Source of the DNA: Mobula hypostoma
Lineage: Eukaryota
Direction of reading: 5' to 3'
NCBI RefSeq assembly: GCF_963921235.1
Contig: NC_086097.1
Location: forward strand, 254,202,001 to 254,266,000
Length of the DNA: 64,000 nt
Shown: one piece after another, positions 1 through 11,876 of the stretch
Position numbering within the stretch: the first letter of the stretch is position 1
How the letters are laid out: each line of letters begins with the position of its first letter
The notes under the pieces: generated by a model
What the model saw: only the letters and a program-made list of their open reading frames with translations
Database searches by the model: none
Told to the model about the DNA's origin: nothing
Translations under genes and position numbers: made by a program

Positions 1-59
1 AGGTAAGAAGGAGATGATGATGCTGTCTTTTGAAGATGTCCTGATGGATAATTCCAGGA

Positions 60-228
60 TGATGTCCCTGTACAGTGCAGGAGGAATGCTGCACTGTCCA
101 AGGTGCTGATCCTTGTCCCCGCCCTCCCAACACAGCAATATTCCATTCTTCTAAGCTGAAGAAGAGCTGTGGGAACCCTTCCCATTGACCCAGGGGCAAT
201 ATTTATCTGTCGAATAACAAAACTAATC
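60..228 (+). mobile_element. Degenerate DeuSINE-like (SacSINE1/AmnSINE1-type) core fragment
   Basis: CAGTGCAGGAGGAATGCTGCACTGTCCAAGGTGC ... GAAGAGCTGTGGGAACCC ... GGCAATATTTATC resembles the Deu domain as I recall it; heavily diverged. Confidence 0.4.
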
Positions 229-234
229 TAGGTA

Positions 235-705
235 ATCTGGTGACTGTCAGAGAAGCCAGTGCAGGGCACCCCTGTTGCCTACTCCCCCAGCAACATTTAC
301 ACTGTTTGGGGGTTTTACCTAACACAGGAAAGTCACAGCGATCAAGTCTCTGGCACTGAGTCTGCCTCTGTGACTCAGAAGGGAAGGAGAGATGAGAGGT
401 GTGCTGTGGTGATAGCGGTTTCGTTAGGGGTACGGACAGGAGGTTCTGTGGGCTAGAAAGAGATTCCTGGATGGTATGTTGCTTCCCAGGTGCCAGGGTC
501 CGGAACATGTCGGGTCAACTCTTCAGCATTCTTAAGAGGGAGAGTGAACAGCCAGAGGTCGTGATTCGTGTAGGTACCAATGACATTGGGAGGACGAGTG
601 ATGGGGTTCTGCAAAGGGAGTTCAGGGAGATTTGTGCTGTTAAGGACAGGACCTCCTGGGAATGTGATCTCAGGATTGCTACTCATGCCGGGTGCTAGTG
701 AGGCA
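235..705 (+). mobile_element. CR1 LINE ORF1 (SGNH/GDSL esterase) fragment, frameshifted
   Basis: Translation VRGTDRRFCG...MVCCFPGARV...VGTNDIGR matches the esterase ORF1 at 24555-25313. Confidence 0.85.
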
Positions 706-1349
706 TCAGTACCATCACTGAGCCCAAGCGTGTGCTAAGCAATAGCAAAGACACAGACCAAAGTTACCCCAAAAGCTTCACATTTCATCCGACCATCAAC
801 AAACCAAAGGCTCTCTTTCTCCCCGGCAAGGGAGAAGGAGGTGTCCCCCATTTTCACAGCGAGCAGAGACGTAACAACAACCCACTGGTTTACGATGTTA
901 AAAGTCCGTTTTGTCGATTTCTTCAATGTTCTCTTTGCTTCCTCAGTGCAGCTAGCAGCCTGACTTTTTGAGAGACAGTGGAGACAGGTTATTGCTTCAA
1001 GACAGCTTTTTTTTTTGCTTGTCATTTTCCAAAAGTAACTGTTATTTGATTCTCCAGTTCCCAATCAAAATTGTATGATAAACAATTCAGCTCACATCGT
1101 GTTCCTAATTTAGTTTATTTATTTTATTTATTTGGCACTACTGAACAATTTACAATAACCAATTAACTTAGTAACCGGTAATTTGTAGGTCATCTTATAT
1201 CAAGCTCACATTATGGGAATGTTTATTATAGCAGAAATACTTGGATTTGTCGTAAGGAATTAATTGATTATATTGGTGTGCTTGTGACCTCCTTTGCTAA
1301 TGGAAATACTAACATAGAAAGCTATTGAAGTTCTGTTTTTCTCTTTCAG

Positions 1350-1385
1350 CGAACTTGAGCAACAGTACCTCAGCTACCTTTACAG
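1350..1385 (+). CDS. Candidate 36-bp internal exon of an unidentified host gene
   Basis: Strong acceptor ttctgtttttctctttcag| and donor CAG|gtaaat in unique DNA. Open as (x)ELEQQYLSYLY(R/S) in phase 2-2 or NLSNSTSATFT in phase 1-1. Confidence 0.55.
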
Positions 1386-1443
1386 GTAAATATCATTGAC
1401 TCAACACATTGGCTGAAAAATTTCCTAGCTTGTGTATTGTTTC

Positions 1444-1785
1444 ATAGAACATTACAGTACAGTACAAGCCCTTTGATCACGATATTGTGCCGAACTCTTC
1501 ACCTGCTCCAAGATCAACCTAAACCTTCCCTCCTGCATAACCCTCCGTTTTTCTGTCATCCATGTGGCCATCTGAGAGTCTCTTAAATGGAGCTAATGTA
1601 TCTGCCTCTACCACCACCCATGGCAGGCATTTTTCACACACCCACCACTCTGTGTAAAAAAAAACTACCTCTGACATCCTCGCTATAATTTTCTCCAATC
1701 ACCTTAAAATTCTGCTCCCTCATATTAGCCATTTCCACCCTGGGAAAAAGTCTTTGGCTATCCACTATGCCTTTTTATCATCTAC
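1444..1785 (-). mobile_element. CR1 LINE 3' end fragment
   Basis: Similar to the CR1 3' ends at 10470-10800 and 53540-53860 (cacccaccactctgtgtaaaa, ccctgggaaaaag). Confidence 0.8.
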
Positions 1786-1789
1786 TAAA

Positions 1790-2730
1790 TTTATTATCGA
1801 AGTAGATATTTGCTTGTAAGCTTACTCAATAAATCCAATAACCATAATCGAATCAATGAAAGAGCCCAACAGGGCAGACAACCAGTGTGCAAAAGATGAC
1901 AAACTGTACAAATAAAAAACAGCAGAAGCAACAATAATAAATAAATAAATAAATAAATAAGGAATAAATATTGAGAAAATGAGATAAAGAGTCCTTGAAA
2001 GTGAGTCCATAGGTTGTAGGAACAGTTCGGTGATGGGGCAAGTGAAGTTGAGTGAAGTTATCCCCTCTGGTTCAAGAGCCTGATGGCTGAGGGATAATAA
2101 CTGTTCCTGAACCTGTTGGTGTGAGTCCTGAGGCTCCTGTACCTTCTTCCTGATGGCAGCAGTGAGAAGAGAGCAAGACAGTGGAGGGGGTCACTGATGA
2201 TGGATGCTGTTTTCCTGTGACAGTGTACCCTGTATATGTGCTCAGTGGTGGGGCGGGCTTTACCTGTGATGGACTGGGCTGTATGATTTTCCATATCAGG
2301 CTGTGATGCACCCAGTCAATGTACTCTCCACCACACATCTTTAGAAGCTTTTCAAAGTTTTAGATGTTATGCCGAATCATCACAAAGTCCTGAAGAAGCA
2401 GAGGTGCTGCCATGCTTTCTTCATAATTGCTCTCACATGCTGCACTCAGGACAGGACCGAAGAAATGATTACACCAAGGACCCTCTCCATCTCTGATCCT
2501 CAGGTGAGGACTAGTTCATGGACCGCTGGTTTCGTCCTCCTGAAGTCAATAATTGGCTCTTTGATCTTGCTGACATTGAGTGAGATTGTTATTGTGGCAC
2601 CACCCAGCCAGATTTTCAATCTCCCTCCTATATGCTGATTTGTCACTACTTTAGATTCACCCTGTGGTGTCGTCAGCAAATTTGAATATGGCATTGGAGC
2701 TGTGCTTAGCCACACAGTCATAAGTGTCAA
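1790..2730 (-). mobile_element. Rex1/Babar-type LINE 3' part, degraded
   Basis: Minus-strand KFADDTT and LLPSGRRYRSLRTHTNRFRNSYYPSAIRLLN C-terminus, followed by an AT-rich 3' UTR. Confidence 0.85.
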
Positions 2731-3060
2731 GCAGCACCGAGGAGAGAGAAACAACTGGCTGACCATCGAAGCCAAGAACAAGGCCAGCTTCACTGGGATT
2801 GTGTATCTTCCCCATTCTGTTCATTGCAGTAATGGCCATCAGTTCCTGACCCTAATTCTGAGACGATTTGATCATCAGATTTCATTGCTTAAGCACAGGT
2901 TATATTGCCCAACTTACAGAAGCCATTGAGACTTGGCCATCTGGTTTCCAATGTGTAGCATATGAAAAGCTTAAAGTAAAAATCATCAAAGTACATACAG
3001 GTCACCACAGACAACCCTGAGATTCTTTTTCTTGCGGACATACTTAGCAAATCTATAGAA

Positions 3061-5131
3061 CAGGTGCAAGACAGGTATATTCCAAAAAAAGAAGAAATTT
3101 TCGAATGGAAAAAGGATGCAACCATGGCTGACAAGAGAAGTCAAAGCCAAAGTTGAAGCAAAGGAGAGGGCAAACAAGGAAGCAAAAAATTAGTGGGAAG
3201 ACAGAGGATTGTGAAGTTTTTAAAAGCTTACTAAAGGAAACTAAGAAGATCATTAAGAGGGAAAAGATTAACTATGAAAGGAAGCTAGCAAATAATACCA
3301 AAGAGTATACTAAAAGCTTTTTCAAGTATAGAAAGAGTAAAAGCAGGTGAGAGTAGATATAGGACCGATAGAAAATGATGCTGGAGAAATTGTAATGGGA
3401 GATAAGGAGATGGCGGAGGAACTGAACGAGTATTTTGTATCAGTCTTCACTGAGGAAGACATCAGCAGTATACCGGACACTCAAGGGTGGCAGGGAAGAG
3501 ACGTGTGCGCAGTCACAATTACGACAGAGAAATTACTCAGGAAGCTAAATAGTCTGAAGGTAGATAAATCTCCCGGACCAGATGGAATGCACCCTCGTGT
3601 TCTGAAGGAAGTAGCTGTGGAGATTGCGGAGGCATTAGCGATGATCTTTCAAAAGTCAATAGATTCTGGCATGGTTCTGGAGGACTGGAAGATTGCAAAT
3701 GTCACTCCGCTATTTAAGAAGGGGGCAAGGAAGCAAAAAGGAAATTATAGACCTGTTAGTTTGACATCGGTGGCTGGGAAGTTGTTGGAGTCGATTGTCA
3801 GGGATGAGGTTACAGAGTACCTGGAGGCATATGTCAAGATTGGCAGAATTCAGCATGGATTCCTTAAAGGAAAATCCTGCCTGACAAACCTATTACAATT
3901 TTTTGAGGAAATTACAAGTAGGCTAGACAGGGGGGATGCAGTGGATGTTGTATATTTGGATTTTCAGAAAGCCTTTGACAAGGTGCCACACATGAGGCTA
4001 CTTAACAAGATAAGAGCCCATGGAATTACTGGAAAGTTACATACGTGGATAAAGCGTTGGCTGATTAGCAGGAAACAGAGAGTGGGAATAAAGGGATCCT
4101 ATTCTGGTTGGCTGCCGGTTACCAGTGGTGTTCCACAGGGGTCCGTGCTGGGGCCACTTCTTTTTACATTGTACATCAATGATTTGGATTATGGAATAGA
4201 TGGCTTTGTGGCTAAGTTTGCTGATGATACGAAGATAGGTGGCGGGGCTGGTAGTGCTGAGGAAACAGAGAGTCTGCAGAGAGACTTGGATAGATTGGAA
4301 GAATGGGCAAAAAAGTGGCAAATGAAATACAATGTTGGAAAGTGTATGGTTATGCACTTTGGCAGAAGAAATAAACGGGCAGACTATTATTTAAATAGGG
4401 AAAGAATTCAAAGTTCTGAGATGCAACGGGACTTGGGAGTCCTCGTACAGGATACCCTTAAGGTTAACCTCCAGGTTGAGTTGGTAGTGAAGAAGGTGAA
4501 TGCAATGTTGGCATTAATTTCTAGAGGAATAGAGTATAGGAGCAGGGATGTGATGTTGAGACTCTATAACGCGCTAGTGAGACCTCACGTGGAGTACTGT
4601 GGGCAGTTTTGGTCTCCTTATTTAAGAAAGGATGTGCTGACGTTGGAGAGGGTACAGAGAAGATTCACTAGAATGATTCCGGGACTGAGAGGGTTAACAT
4701 ATGAGGAACGTTTGTCCACTCTTGGACTGTACTCCTTGGAGTTTAGAAGAATGAGGAGGGACCTCGTAGAAACATTTCAAATGTTGAAAGGCATGGACAG
4801 AGTGGATGTGACAAAATTGTTTACCATGGTGGGGGAGTCGAGTACGAGAGGGCATGACTTAAGGATTGAAGGGCACGCATTCAGAACAGAGATGCAAAGA
4901 AATTTTTTTAGCCAGAGAGTCGTGAATCTATGGAGTTTGTTGCCACGGTGGCAGTGGAGGCCAAGTCATTGGGCAGAGATTGATAGGTATCTGAGTAGCC
5001 AGGGCATCAAAGGTTATGGTGAGAAGGCGGGGGAGTGGGACTAAATGGGAGAACGGATCAGCTCATGATAAAATGGCGGAGCAGACTCGATGAGCCGAAT
5101 GGCCGACTTCTGCTCCTTTGTCTTATTGTCT
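3061..5131 (+). mobile_element. 5'-truncated CR1 LINE (label G), ORF2 RT portion plus 3' UTR
   Basis: [35 protein letters not shown] and FADD motifs; CR1-type 3' end ttctgctcctttgtcttattgtct. Confidence 0.95.
3347..5044 (+). CDS. CR1 ORF2 reverse transcriptase, open 565-aa segment (no endonuclease; frameshift near the C-terminus)
   Basis: ORF track; full RT motif set including FADD. Confidence 0.85.
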   Translation: MRVDIGPIENDAGEIVMGDKEMAEELNEYFVSVFTEEDISSIPDTQGWQGRDVCAVTITTEKLLRKLNSLKVDKSPGPDGMHPRVLKEVAVEIAEALAMIFQKSIDSGMVLEDWKIANVTPLFKKGARKQKGNYRPVSLTSVAGKLLESIVRDEVTEYLEAYVKIGRIQHGFLKGKSCLTNLLQFFEEITSRLDRGDAVDVVYLDFQKAFDKVPHMRLLNKIRAHGITGKLHTWIKRWLISRKQRVGIKGSYSGWLPVTSGVPQGSVLGPLLFTLYINDLDYGIDGFVAKFADDTKIGGGAGSAEETESLQRDLDRLEEWAKKWQMKYNVGKCMVMHFGRRNKRADYYLNRERIQSSEMQRDLGVLVQDTLKVNLQVELVVKKVNAMLALISRGIEYRSRDVMLRLYNALVRPHVEYCGQFWSPYLRKDVLTLERVQRRFTRMIPGLRGLTYEERLSTLGLYSLEFRRMRRDLVETFQMLKGMDRVDVTKLFTMVGESSTRGHDLRIEGHAFRTEMQRNFFSQRVVNLWSLLPRWQWRPSHWAEIDRYLSSQGIKGYGEKAGEWD

Positions 5132-5654
5132 AACAGATACTGTAATCAGGATCAATGAACAACAAACTGTATATATGCAAATATAAGTAAATAGCACTAA
5201 ATTATGAGAGGATGAAATAACTAGACAAAGAGTCTTTAAAGTGAGTCTATCAGTTGTGGGTTGTGGGCAGAGAGCCACATATCAATTAAACCAGGTAACT
5301 TGTACGCTGCTGTTTTCAAACTATTCTCAAATTTCTTTAGACTGGCTGAGTTCCTCCAGCATTTTGTATGTTGCCTGTTTTCAAGATATTTTTGTGTAAT
5401 TTCTGAGACATATTCAGGAAAAATTTGCATATTTATTCTTTTTAATAGTAGTTATTCTCTTTATTGTGCTTTGTGAAATTTGAGCGGAACATTGGAGAGG
5501 AAAACCCAGAGAAAAAGGGGACGAGCTCTCATAGCGTATCATCTATCTTTATACAGAATTGTGCAAAAGCCTTAGGCATTAAGATGACACTGGTGAAGCT
5601 CTGCAACTGCTTGCTGGAACATACAAAGAAAACAACTAAATACTTAAGACCGTA

Positions 5655-8600
5655 AGATATAGGAACAGAAGCAGGCCATTCAGCCCATCAAGTCTGCTCC
5701 ACCATTCAATTATGGGCTGATCCAATTCTTCCAGTCATCCCCACGCCCATGCTTTCACCCCATACCCTTTGATGCCCTGGCTACTCAACAACCTATCTAT
5801 CTCTGCCTTAAATGCACCCAATGACTTGGCCTCCGTAGCTGCTTGTGGCAACAAATTCTGCAGATTTACCACCCTCTGACTAAAGTCATTTCTCCGCATC
5901 TCTGTTCTAAATGGACGTCCTTCAATGCTGAAATTGTGCCCTCTTGTCCTGGACTCCCCTACCATGGGAAATAACTTTGCCATATCTAATTTGTTCAGGC
6001 CTTTTAACATTTGGAATGTTTCTATGAGATTCCCCCTCATTCTCCTGAACACCAGGGAATACAGCCCAAGAGCTGCCAGACGTTCCTCATACGGTAACCC
6101 TTCCATTCCTGCATTCATTCTCATGAATCTTCTCTGAACCCTCTCCAATGTCAGTATATCCCTTCTAAAATAAGAAGCCCAAAACTGCACACAGTACTCC
6201 AAGAGTGGTCTCACAAGTGCCTTATAGAGCCTCAACATCACATCCCTGCTCTTATATTCTATACCTCTAGAAATGAATGCCAACATTGCATTCGCCATCT
6301 GCACAACCAACTCAACCTGGAGGTTAACCTTTAGGGTATCCCGTACGAGGACTCCCAAGTCCCTTTGCATCTCTGCATTTTGAATTCTCTCACCATCTAA
6401 ATAATAGTCTGCCCGTTTATTTCTCCCACCAAAGTGCATGACCATACACTTTCCAACATTGTATTTCATTTGCCACTTCTTTGCCCATTCCCCTAAACTA
6501 TCTAAGTCTCTCAGAATCAGAATCAGGTTTATTATCTCTGGCATTTGACTTGAAATTTGTTAACTTAGCAGCAGCAGATCAATGCAATACAAAATATAGC
6601 AGAGAGAAAAAATAATAATAATATAATATTAATAATAAATAAACAAGTAACTCTATTACGTATATTGAATAGATTTTTTTTAATCCAAAACTAGAAATAC
6701 TGTATATTAAAAATAAAGTGAGGTAGAATCCAAAGCTTCAATGTCCATTTAGGAATCAGATGGCAGAGGGGAAGAAGCTGTTCACACTGAGTGTGTGCCT
6801 TCAGGCTTCTGTACCGCCTATCTGATGGTAACAGTGAGAAAAGGGGGTGCTGGAGGTCCTTAATAATGGACGCTGCCTCTCTGAGACACCGCTCCCTGAA
6901 GGTGTCCTGGGTACTTTATAGGCTGGTACCCAAGATGTAGCTGGCTACATTTACAATTTTCTGCAGCTTCTTTCGGTCCTGTGCAGTAGCCCCTCCATAC
7001 CAGACAGTGATGCAGCCTGTCAGAATGCTCTCCACAGTACAGCTATAGAAGTTTTTGAGTGTATTTGTTGATATGCCAAATCTCTCCAAACTCCTAATAA
7101 AGTCTAGCCACTGTCTTGCCTTTTTTATAACTATATCAGTATGTTGGGACCAGGTTAGATCGTCAGCGATCTTGACACCCAGGAACTTGAAACTGCTCAC
7201 TCTCTCCACTTCTGATCCCTCTATGAGGATTGGTATGTGTTCCTTCGTCTTACCCTTCCTGAAGTCCACAATCAGCTCTTTCGTCTGACTGATGTTGAGT
7301 GCCAGGTTGTTGCTGTGGCACCATTCCACTAGTTGGCATATCTCACTCCTGTACGCCCTCTCATCACCACCTAAGGTTCTACCAACAACGGTTGCATCAT
7401 CAGCAAATTTATAGATGGTATTTGAGCAATCCCTAGCCACACAGTCATGTGTCTAGAGAGAGTGGAGCAGTGGGTTAAGCACACACCCTTGAGGTGCACC
7501 AGTGTTGATCGTCAGTGAGGAGGGTATGTTATCACCAATTCGCACAGATTGTGGTCTTCCAGTTAGGAAGTCGAGGATCCAATTGTAGAGGGAGGTACAG
7601 AGGCCCAGGTTCTACAACTTCTCAATCAGGATTGTGGGAATGATAGTATTAAATGCTGAGTATAGTCGATGAACAGCATCCTGACATAGGTGTTTGTGTT
7701 GTCCAGGTGGTCTAAAGCCATGTGGAGAGCCATTGAGATTGCATCTGCCATTGACCTATTGTGGTGATAGGCAAATTGCAATGGGTCAGGTCCTTGCTGA
7801 GGCAGGAGTTCAGTCTAGTCATGACCAACCACTCAAAGCATTTCATTACTGTAGATATGAGTGCTACCGGGCGATAGTCATTAAGGCAGCTCACGTTATT
7901 CTTCTTAGGCACTGGTATAATTGTTGCCTTTTTGAAGCAAGTGGGAACTTCCGCCTGTAGCAGTGAGAGGTTGAAAATGTCCTTGAATACCTGTGCTAGT
8001 TGGTTGGCACAGGTTTTCAGAGCGTTACCAGGTACTCCATCAGGACCTTCCACCTTGCGAGGGTTCACTCTCTTTAAAGACAGGGTAACATCAGCCTCTG
8101 AGATGGAGATCACAGGGTCATCAGGTGCAGTAGGGATCTTCACAGCTGTAGTTGTGTTCTCCCTTTCAAACCGTGCATAGAAGGCGTTGAGTTCATCTGG
8201 TAGTGAAGCATCACTGCCATTGAAGCTATTGGGTTTCGCTTTGTAGGAAGTAATGTCTTGCAGTCCCTGCCAGAGTTGCCGTGCATCCGATGTCGCCTCC
8301 AACCTCATTCGAAATTGTCTCTTTGCCCTTGAAATAGCCTCTCTGCAGGCTCTCAGTTTCCTCAACATTGCGCATCCCCCACCTATCTTTGTATCAATGC
8401 CACTGATCCACTAATTCCATAGTCATTGACGTACATTGTAAAAAGCAGCAGTCCCAACACCGACCCGTGTGAATCTTCACTGGTAACCGGCAGCCAGCCA
8501 GAATAGGATCCCTTTTTTCCCACTCTATGTTTTCTGCTGACCAGCCAGTCCTCCACCCATGCTAGCCTCTTATCTTGCTAAGCAGCCTCATGTACGGCAC

Positions 8601-8730
8601 CTTGTCAAAGGCCTTCTGAAAATTCAAGTACACCACATCTACTGCATCTCCTTTGTCTACCCTGCTTGTAATTTCCTCAAAAAATTGCAGTAGGTTAGTC
8701 AGGCAGGATTTTCCTTTCAGGAAACTATGC
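5655..8730 (-). mobile_element. CR1 LINE (label E) 3' part, split by a Rex insertion (pieces 5655-6512 and 8339-8730)
   Basis: ORF 5735-6544 encodes the CR1 RT C-terminus; sequence resumes at 8339 (ctctctgcagg) with a probable ctctc TSD. Confidence 0.9.
6513..8338 (-). mobile_element. 5'-truncated Rex1/Babar-type LINE
   Basis: ORFs 7712-8368 (GPDGVPG, CLNDYRPVAL) and 6916-7440 ([14 protein letters not shown]); (GATTCT)n tail at 6513. Confidence 0.92.
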
Positions 8731-8859
8731 TTCATTACACTTCTTTCTGCTAAATGATCACTGAAAACAATAGACTGTAATTTCCCTGGCAGAGTTTAGC
8801 TTTTGAACCAGCTGCACAACCTGGCATTTTTGAGCTGGGGTTTGAAGTCTCAAGGGTGC

Positions 8860-9790
8860 AGGATGGCTGCGGTGTGGTTTATGGGCCAGAGAGTGGGGAT
8901 TGAGTCAGGGCTTCAACATTCCTGGAGCAAACTTGGAGGCAATTCGATTCGGTAGAAGCGAGGTGAGGCGAATAGAGGTGATGTAGAGTCGAGGTGGTGG
9001 GGCCTGGACCTGGGCCTGAGAGTGAGGAGAGACTTGGGATTTGATTGATTTAAAGCGCCAAGCCAATTTGGGAAAGTTGGGTACGGGCTGATTGAGATGC
9101 CAGAGCACCGGCCCGAGAGCGTATTGAAGCAGCAGGGTCCAGGCCGAAGACAAGGTCTGGACAATTTAAGTGCTGGACCAGATTGAAAAGCACAGGGAGT
9201 CGGAGTCGGGGCCGGAGGCATGGCATTGGCCGGTTCAAATTGCTGTTCCATGAGGTTTATTTATCTACCGAACTGTGGCTGTGGCCTGCAACTTCGCAGT
9301 GTGAACTCCAGTTCTGAATGTTATTTGCTTATTTTTATTGTTTGCATGTTATTTTCTTTCTTTTTTTCTCTCTGCACCTTGGATGTTTGATGATCTTTTG
9401 TTTTATTGGGTTCTATTGGGTTTCTTTGTTTTTTAGCTGCCTGTAAGAAGACAAGTCTCAAGGTTGTATAAAGTATAATAAATGATAATAACTGTTCTTG
9501 ACTTTGACATATAGAGCTAGGAACCCTAAGACTCTTGCTCAGTACTGTGGTAATTTTATGTATTGCACTGTACTGCTGCAGGAAAAAAGAAACATTTCAT
9601 GATGTGTAAGTGAAGATAAACCCGATCTGATATGGGTCTCTATTGTGGACTGAGAATGGGAAGCGGGCAGGGAGAGGAGAATCATGGTTGGGAAAAGGGG
9701 AAGGGAGAGGGGAGGGAGCGGGAAGCACCAGAGAGACATTCTGTAATGATCAATAAACCAATTGTTTGAAATCAAATGACCTTGCCTGGT
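8860..9790. repeat. Two unclassified non-coding repeats with Rex-like 3' tails (about 8860-9510 +, about 9530-9790 -)
   Basis: The + piece ends in gtaagaagacaagtctcaaggttgtata...actttga, a tail also seen at about 43400-43480 and 58520-58590. The - piece resembles Rex 3' UTRs. No coding motifs. Confidence 0.5.
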
Positions 9791-10337
9791 GACTTAGAGC
9801 AGGGTGTGTCTGTACCTGCGCCAGTCCCCTCCCCTGGCACTCCTTCTCCGTCACCTGTCCCATATCTGTTCTGCAGCATTTCACATTCGCCATCCACAAC
9901 ACACTTTGCTCCCACCTGATTTACAAACTTGCATTTCACTCCAGGTTGACAAACACAATACTGTGCAAAAGTGTTAGCCACCTCAGCTATATATCTGTAC
10001 CGAAGACTTTTGCAGTTCTGTCTGCATGTTTCTTTGCTAGTTTTAACGCTCAGATTTGGGATTTGATGTGAGGCACACTCTGAAGATTAGTGACTCCCTG
10101 CTGCTTTGTCTTGTAAGCAGAGATGGATGAAAAGTCATTGACCTGAAACATCTTTTTCCCCTACATTTGCCTGAGCTGCTGAGTATCTCCAGCATATTCA
10201 GTTTATTCAGCGTTTTCAGCATCTATGCAGTTTTTATTTATTTGTTTCTGAAGCGTGTCTTCACAGCAACTTAATCCTGTTTCACTTTTCACTTGTGGGT
10301 TAGCTACTTCAGTATCAGACAACATAGAAAACCTTCC

Positions 10338-10468
10338 ATATAGCTATATGGACAGGAAAGGAATGGAGGGTTATGGGCTGAATGCAGGTTGGTGGGACTA
10401 GGTAAGAGTTTGGCACAGACTAGAAGGACCGAGATGGCCTGTTTCCGTGCTGTAATTGTTATATGGTT
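10338..10468 (+). mobile_element. Short CR1 3' tail inserted in the B tail
   Basis: atggacagg...gagggttatggg...tgggactagg...tgtaattgttatatggtt interrupts aacatagaaaacct|...agcacaatacagg. Confidence 0.7.
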
Positions 10469-11602
10469 TAGCACAATACAGGCCCTTCAGCCCACAACAC
10501 TGTGCCGAACATGTACTTAGTTCAGAAATTACCTAGGTTACCCATAGCCCTCTACTTTTTTAAGCTCCGTGTACTTATCCAGGAGTCTCTTAAAAGACCC
10601 TATTGTATCCGTCTCCACCACAGTCGCCGGCAACCCATTCCATGCACTCACCACACTCTGCGTTAAAAAACTTACCCCTGACATCTCTGTACCTACTTCC
10701 AAGCACCTTAAAACTGTGCCTTCTTGTGTTAGCCATTTCAGCCCTGGGAAATAGCCTCTGACTATCCACATGATCAACGCCTCTCATCATCTCATATACT
10801 CTACTGGGTGTTTTTTATAGATGACCCAATAGTAACAGGGACATCGAGGAGCAGATAGGGGGACAGATTCTGGAAAGGAGTAATAATAACAGGGTTGTTG
10901 TGGTGGGAGATTTTAATTTCCCAAATATTCATTGGCATGTCCCTAGAGTGAGGGGTTTAGATGGGGTGGAGTTTGTTAGGTGTGTTCAGGAAGGTTTCTT
11001 GACACAATATGTAGATAAGCCTACAAGAGGAGAGGCTGTACTTGATCTGGTATTGGGAAATGAACCTGGTCAGGTGTCAGGTCTCTCAGTGGGAGAGCAT
11101 TTTGGAGATAGTGATCACAATTCTATCTCCTTTACCAAAGCATTGAAGAGGAATAGGAACAGACAAGTTAGGGAAACGTTTAATTGGAGCAAGGGGAAAT
11201 ATGAGGCTATCAGGCAGGAATATGGAAGCGTAAATTGGAAACACATGTTCTCAGGGAAACATACAGAAGAAACGTGGCAAATGTTCGGGGATATTTGCAT
11301 AGAGTTCTACATAGATACGTTCCAATAAGACAGGGGGAAGGATGGTAGGGTACAGGAACCGTGGTGTACAAAGGCTGTTGTAAATCTAATCAAGAAGAAA
11401 AGAAGAGCTTACGAAAGGTTCAAAAACTAGGTAATGATAGAGATCTAGAAGATTATAAGGCTCGCAGAAGGAGCTCAAGAAAGAAATGAGGAGAGCCAGA
11501 AGGGGCATGAGAAGGCCTTGGCGGACAGGATTAAAGAAAACTCCAAGGCATTCTACAAGTATGTGAAGAGCAAGTGGATAAGACATGAGAGAATAGGACC
11601 AA

Positions 11603-11876
11603 CACACATCAAAGTTGCTGGTGAACGCAGCAGGCCAGGCAGCATCTGTAGGAAGAGGTGCAGTCGACGTTTCAGGCCGAGACCCTTCGTCAGGACTAAC
11701 TGAAGGAACAGTGAGTAAGGGATTTGAAAGTTGGAGGGGGAAATCCAAAATGATAGGAGAAGACAGGAGGGGGAGGGATAGAGCCAAGAGCTGGACAGGT
11801 GATAGGCAAAAGGGGATACAAGAGGATCATGGGACAGGAGATCCGGGAAGAAAGACGGGGGGGGTGGGGGGGGTGG
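11603..11876 (-). mobile_element. Penelope-like element terminal (pLTR) fragment with 14-bp TSD
   Basis: GAGAATAGGACCAA at 11589-11602 and 11877-11890 flanks the insert; sequence is homologous to the PLE end at 23494-23610. Confidence 0.85.
11661..11698 (-). ncRNA. Minimal type-I hammerhead ribozyme (PLE-associated)
   Basis: Minus strand reads T-AGTC-CTGACGA-AGG-gtctcgg-CCT-GAAAC-GTC-GACT-G: stem I AGTC/GACT, core CUGANGA, stem II AGG/CCT, GAAA, palindromic ACGU, GUC cleavage triplet. Confidence 0.8.

Noticed and set aside
947..987. Exon-like segment (cttcctcag|...CAG|gttatt)
   Set aside because: Stops in all three frames; could only be non-coding and there is no support for that.
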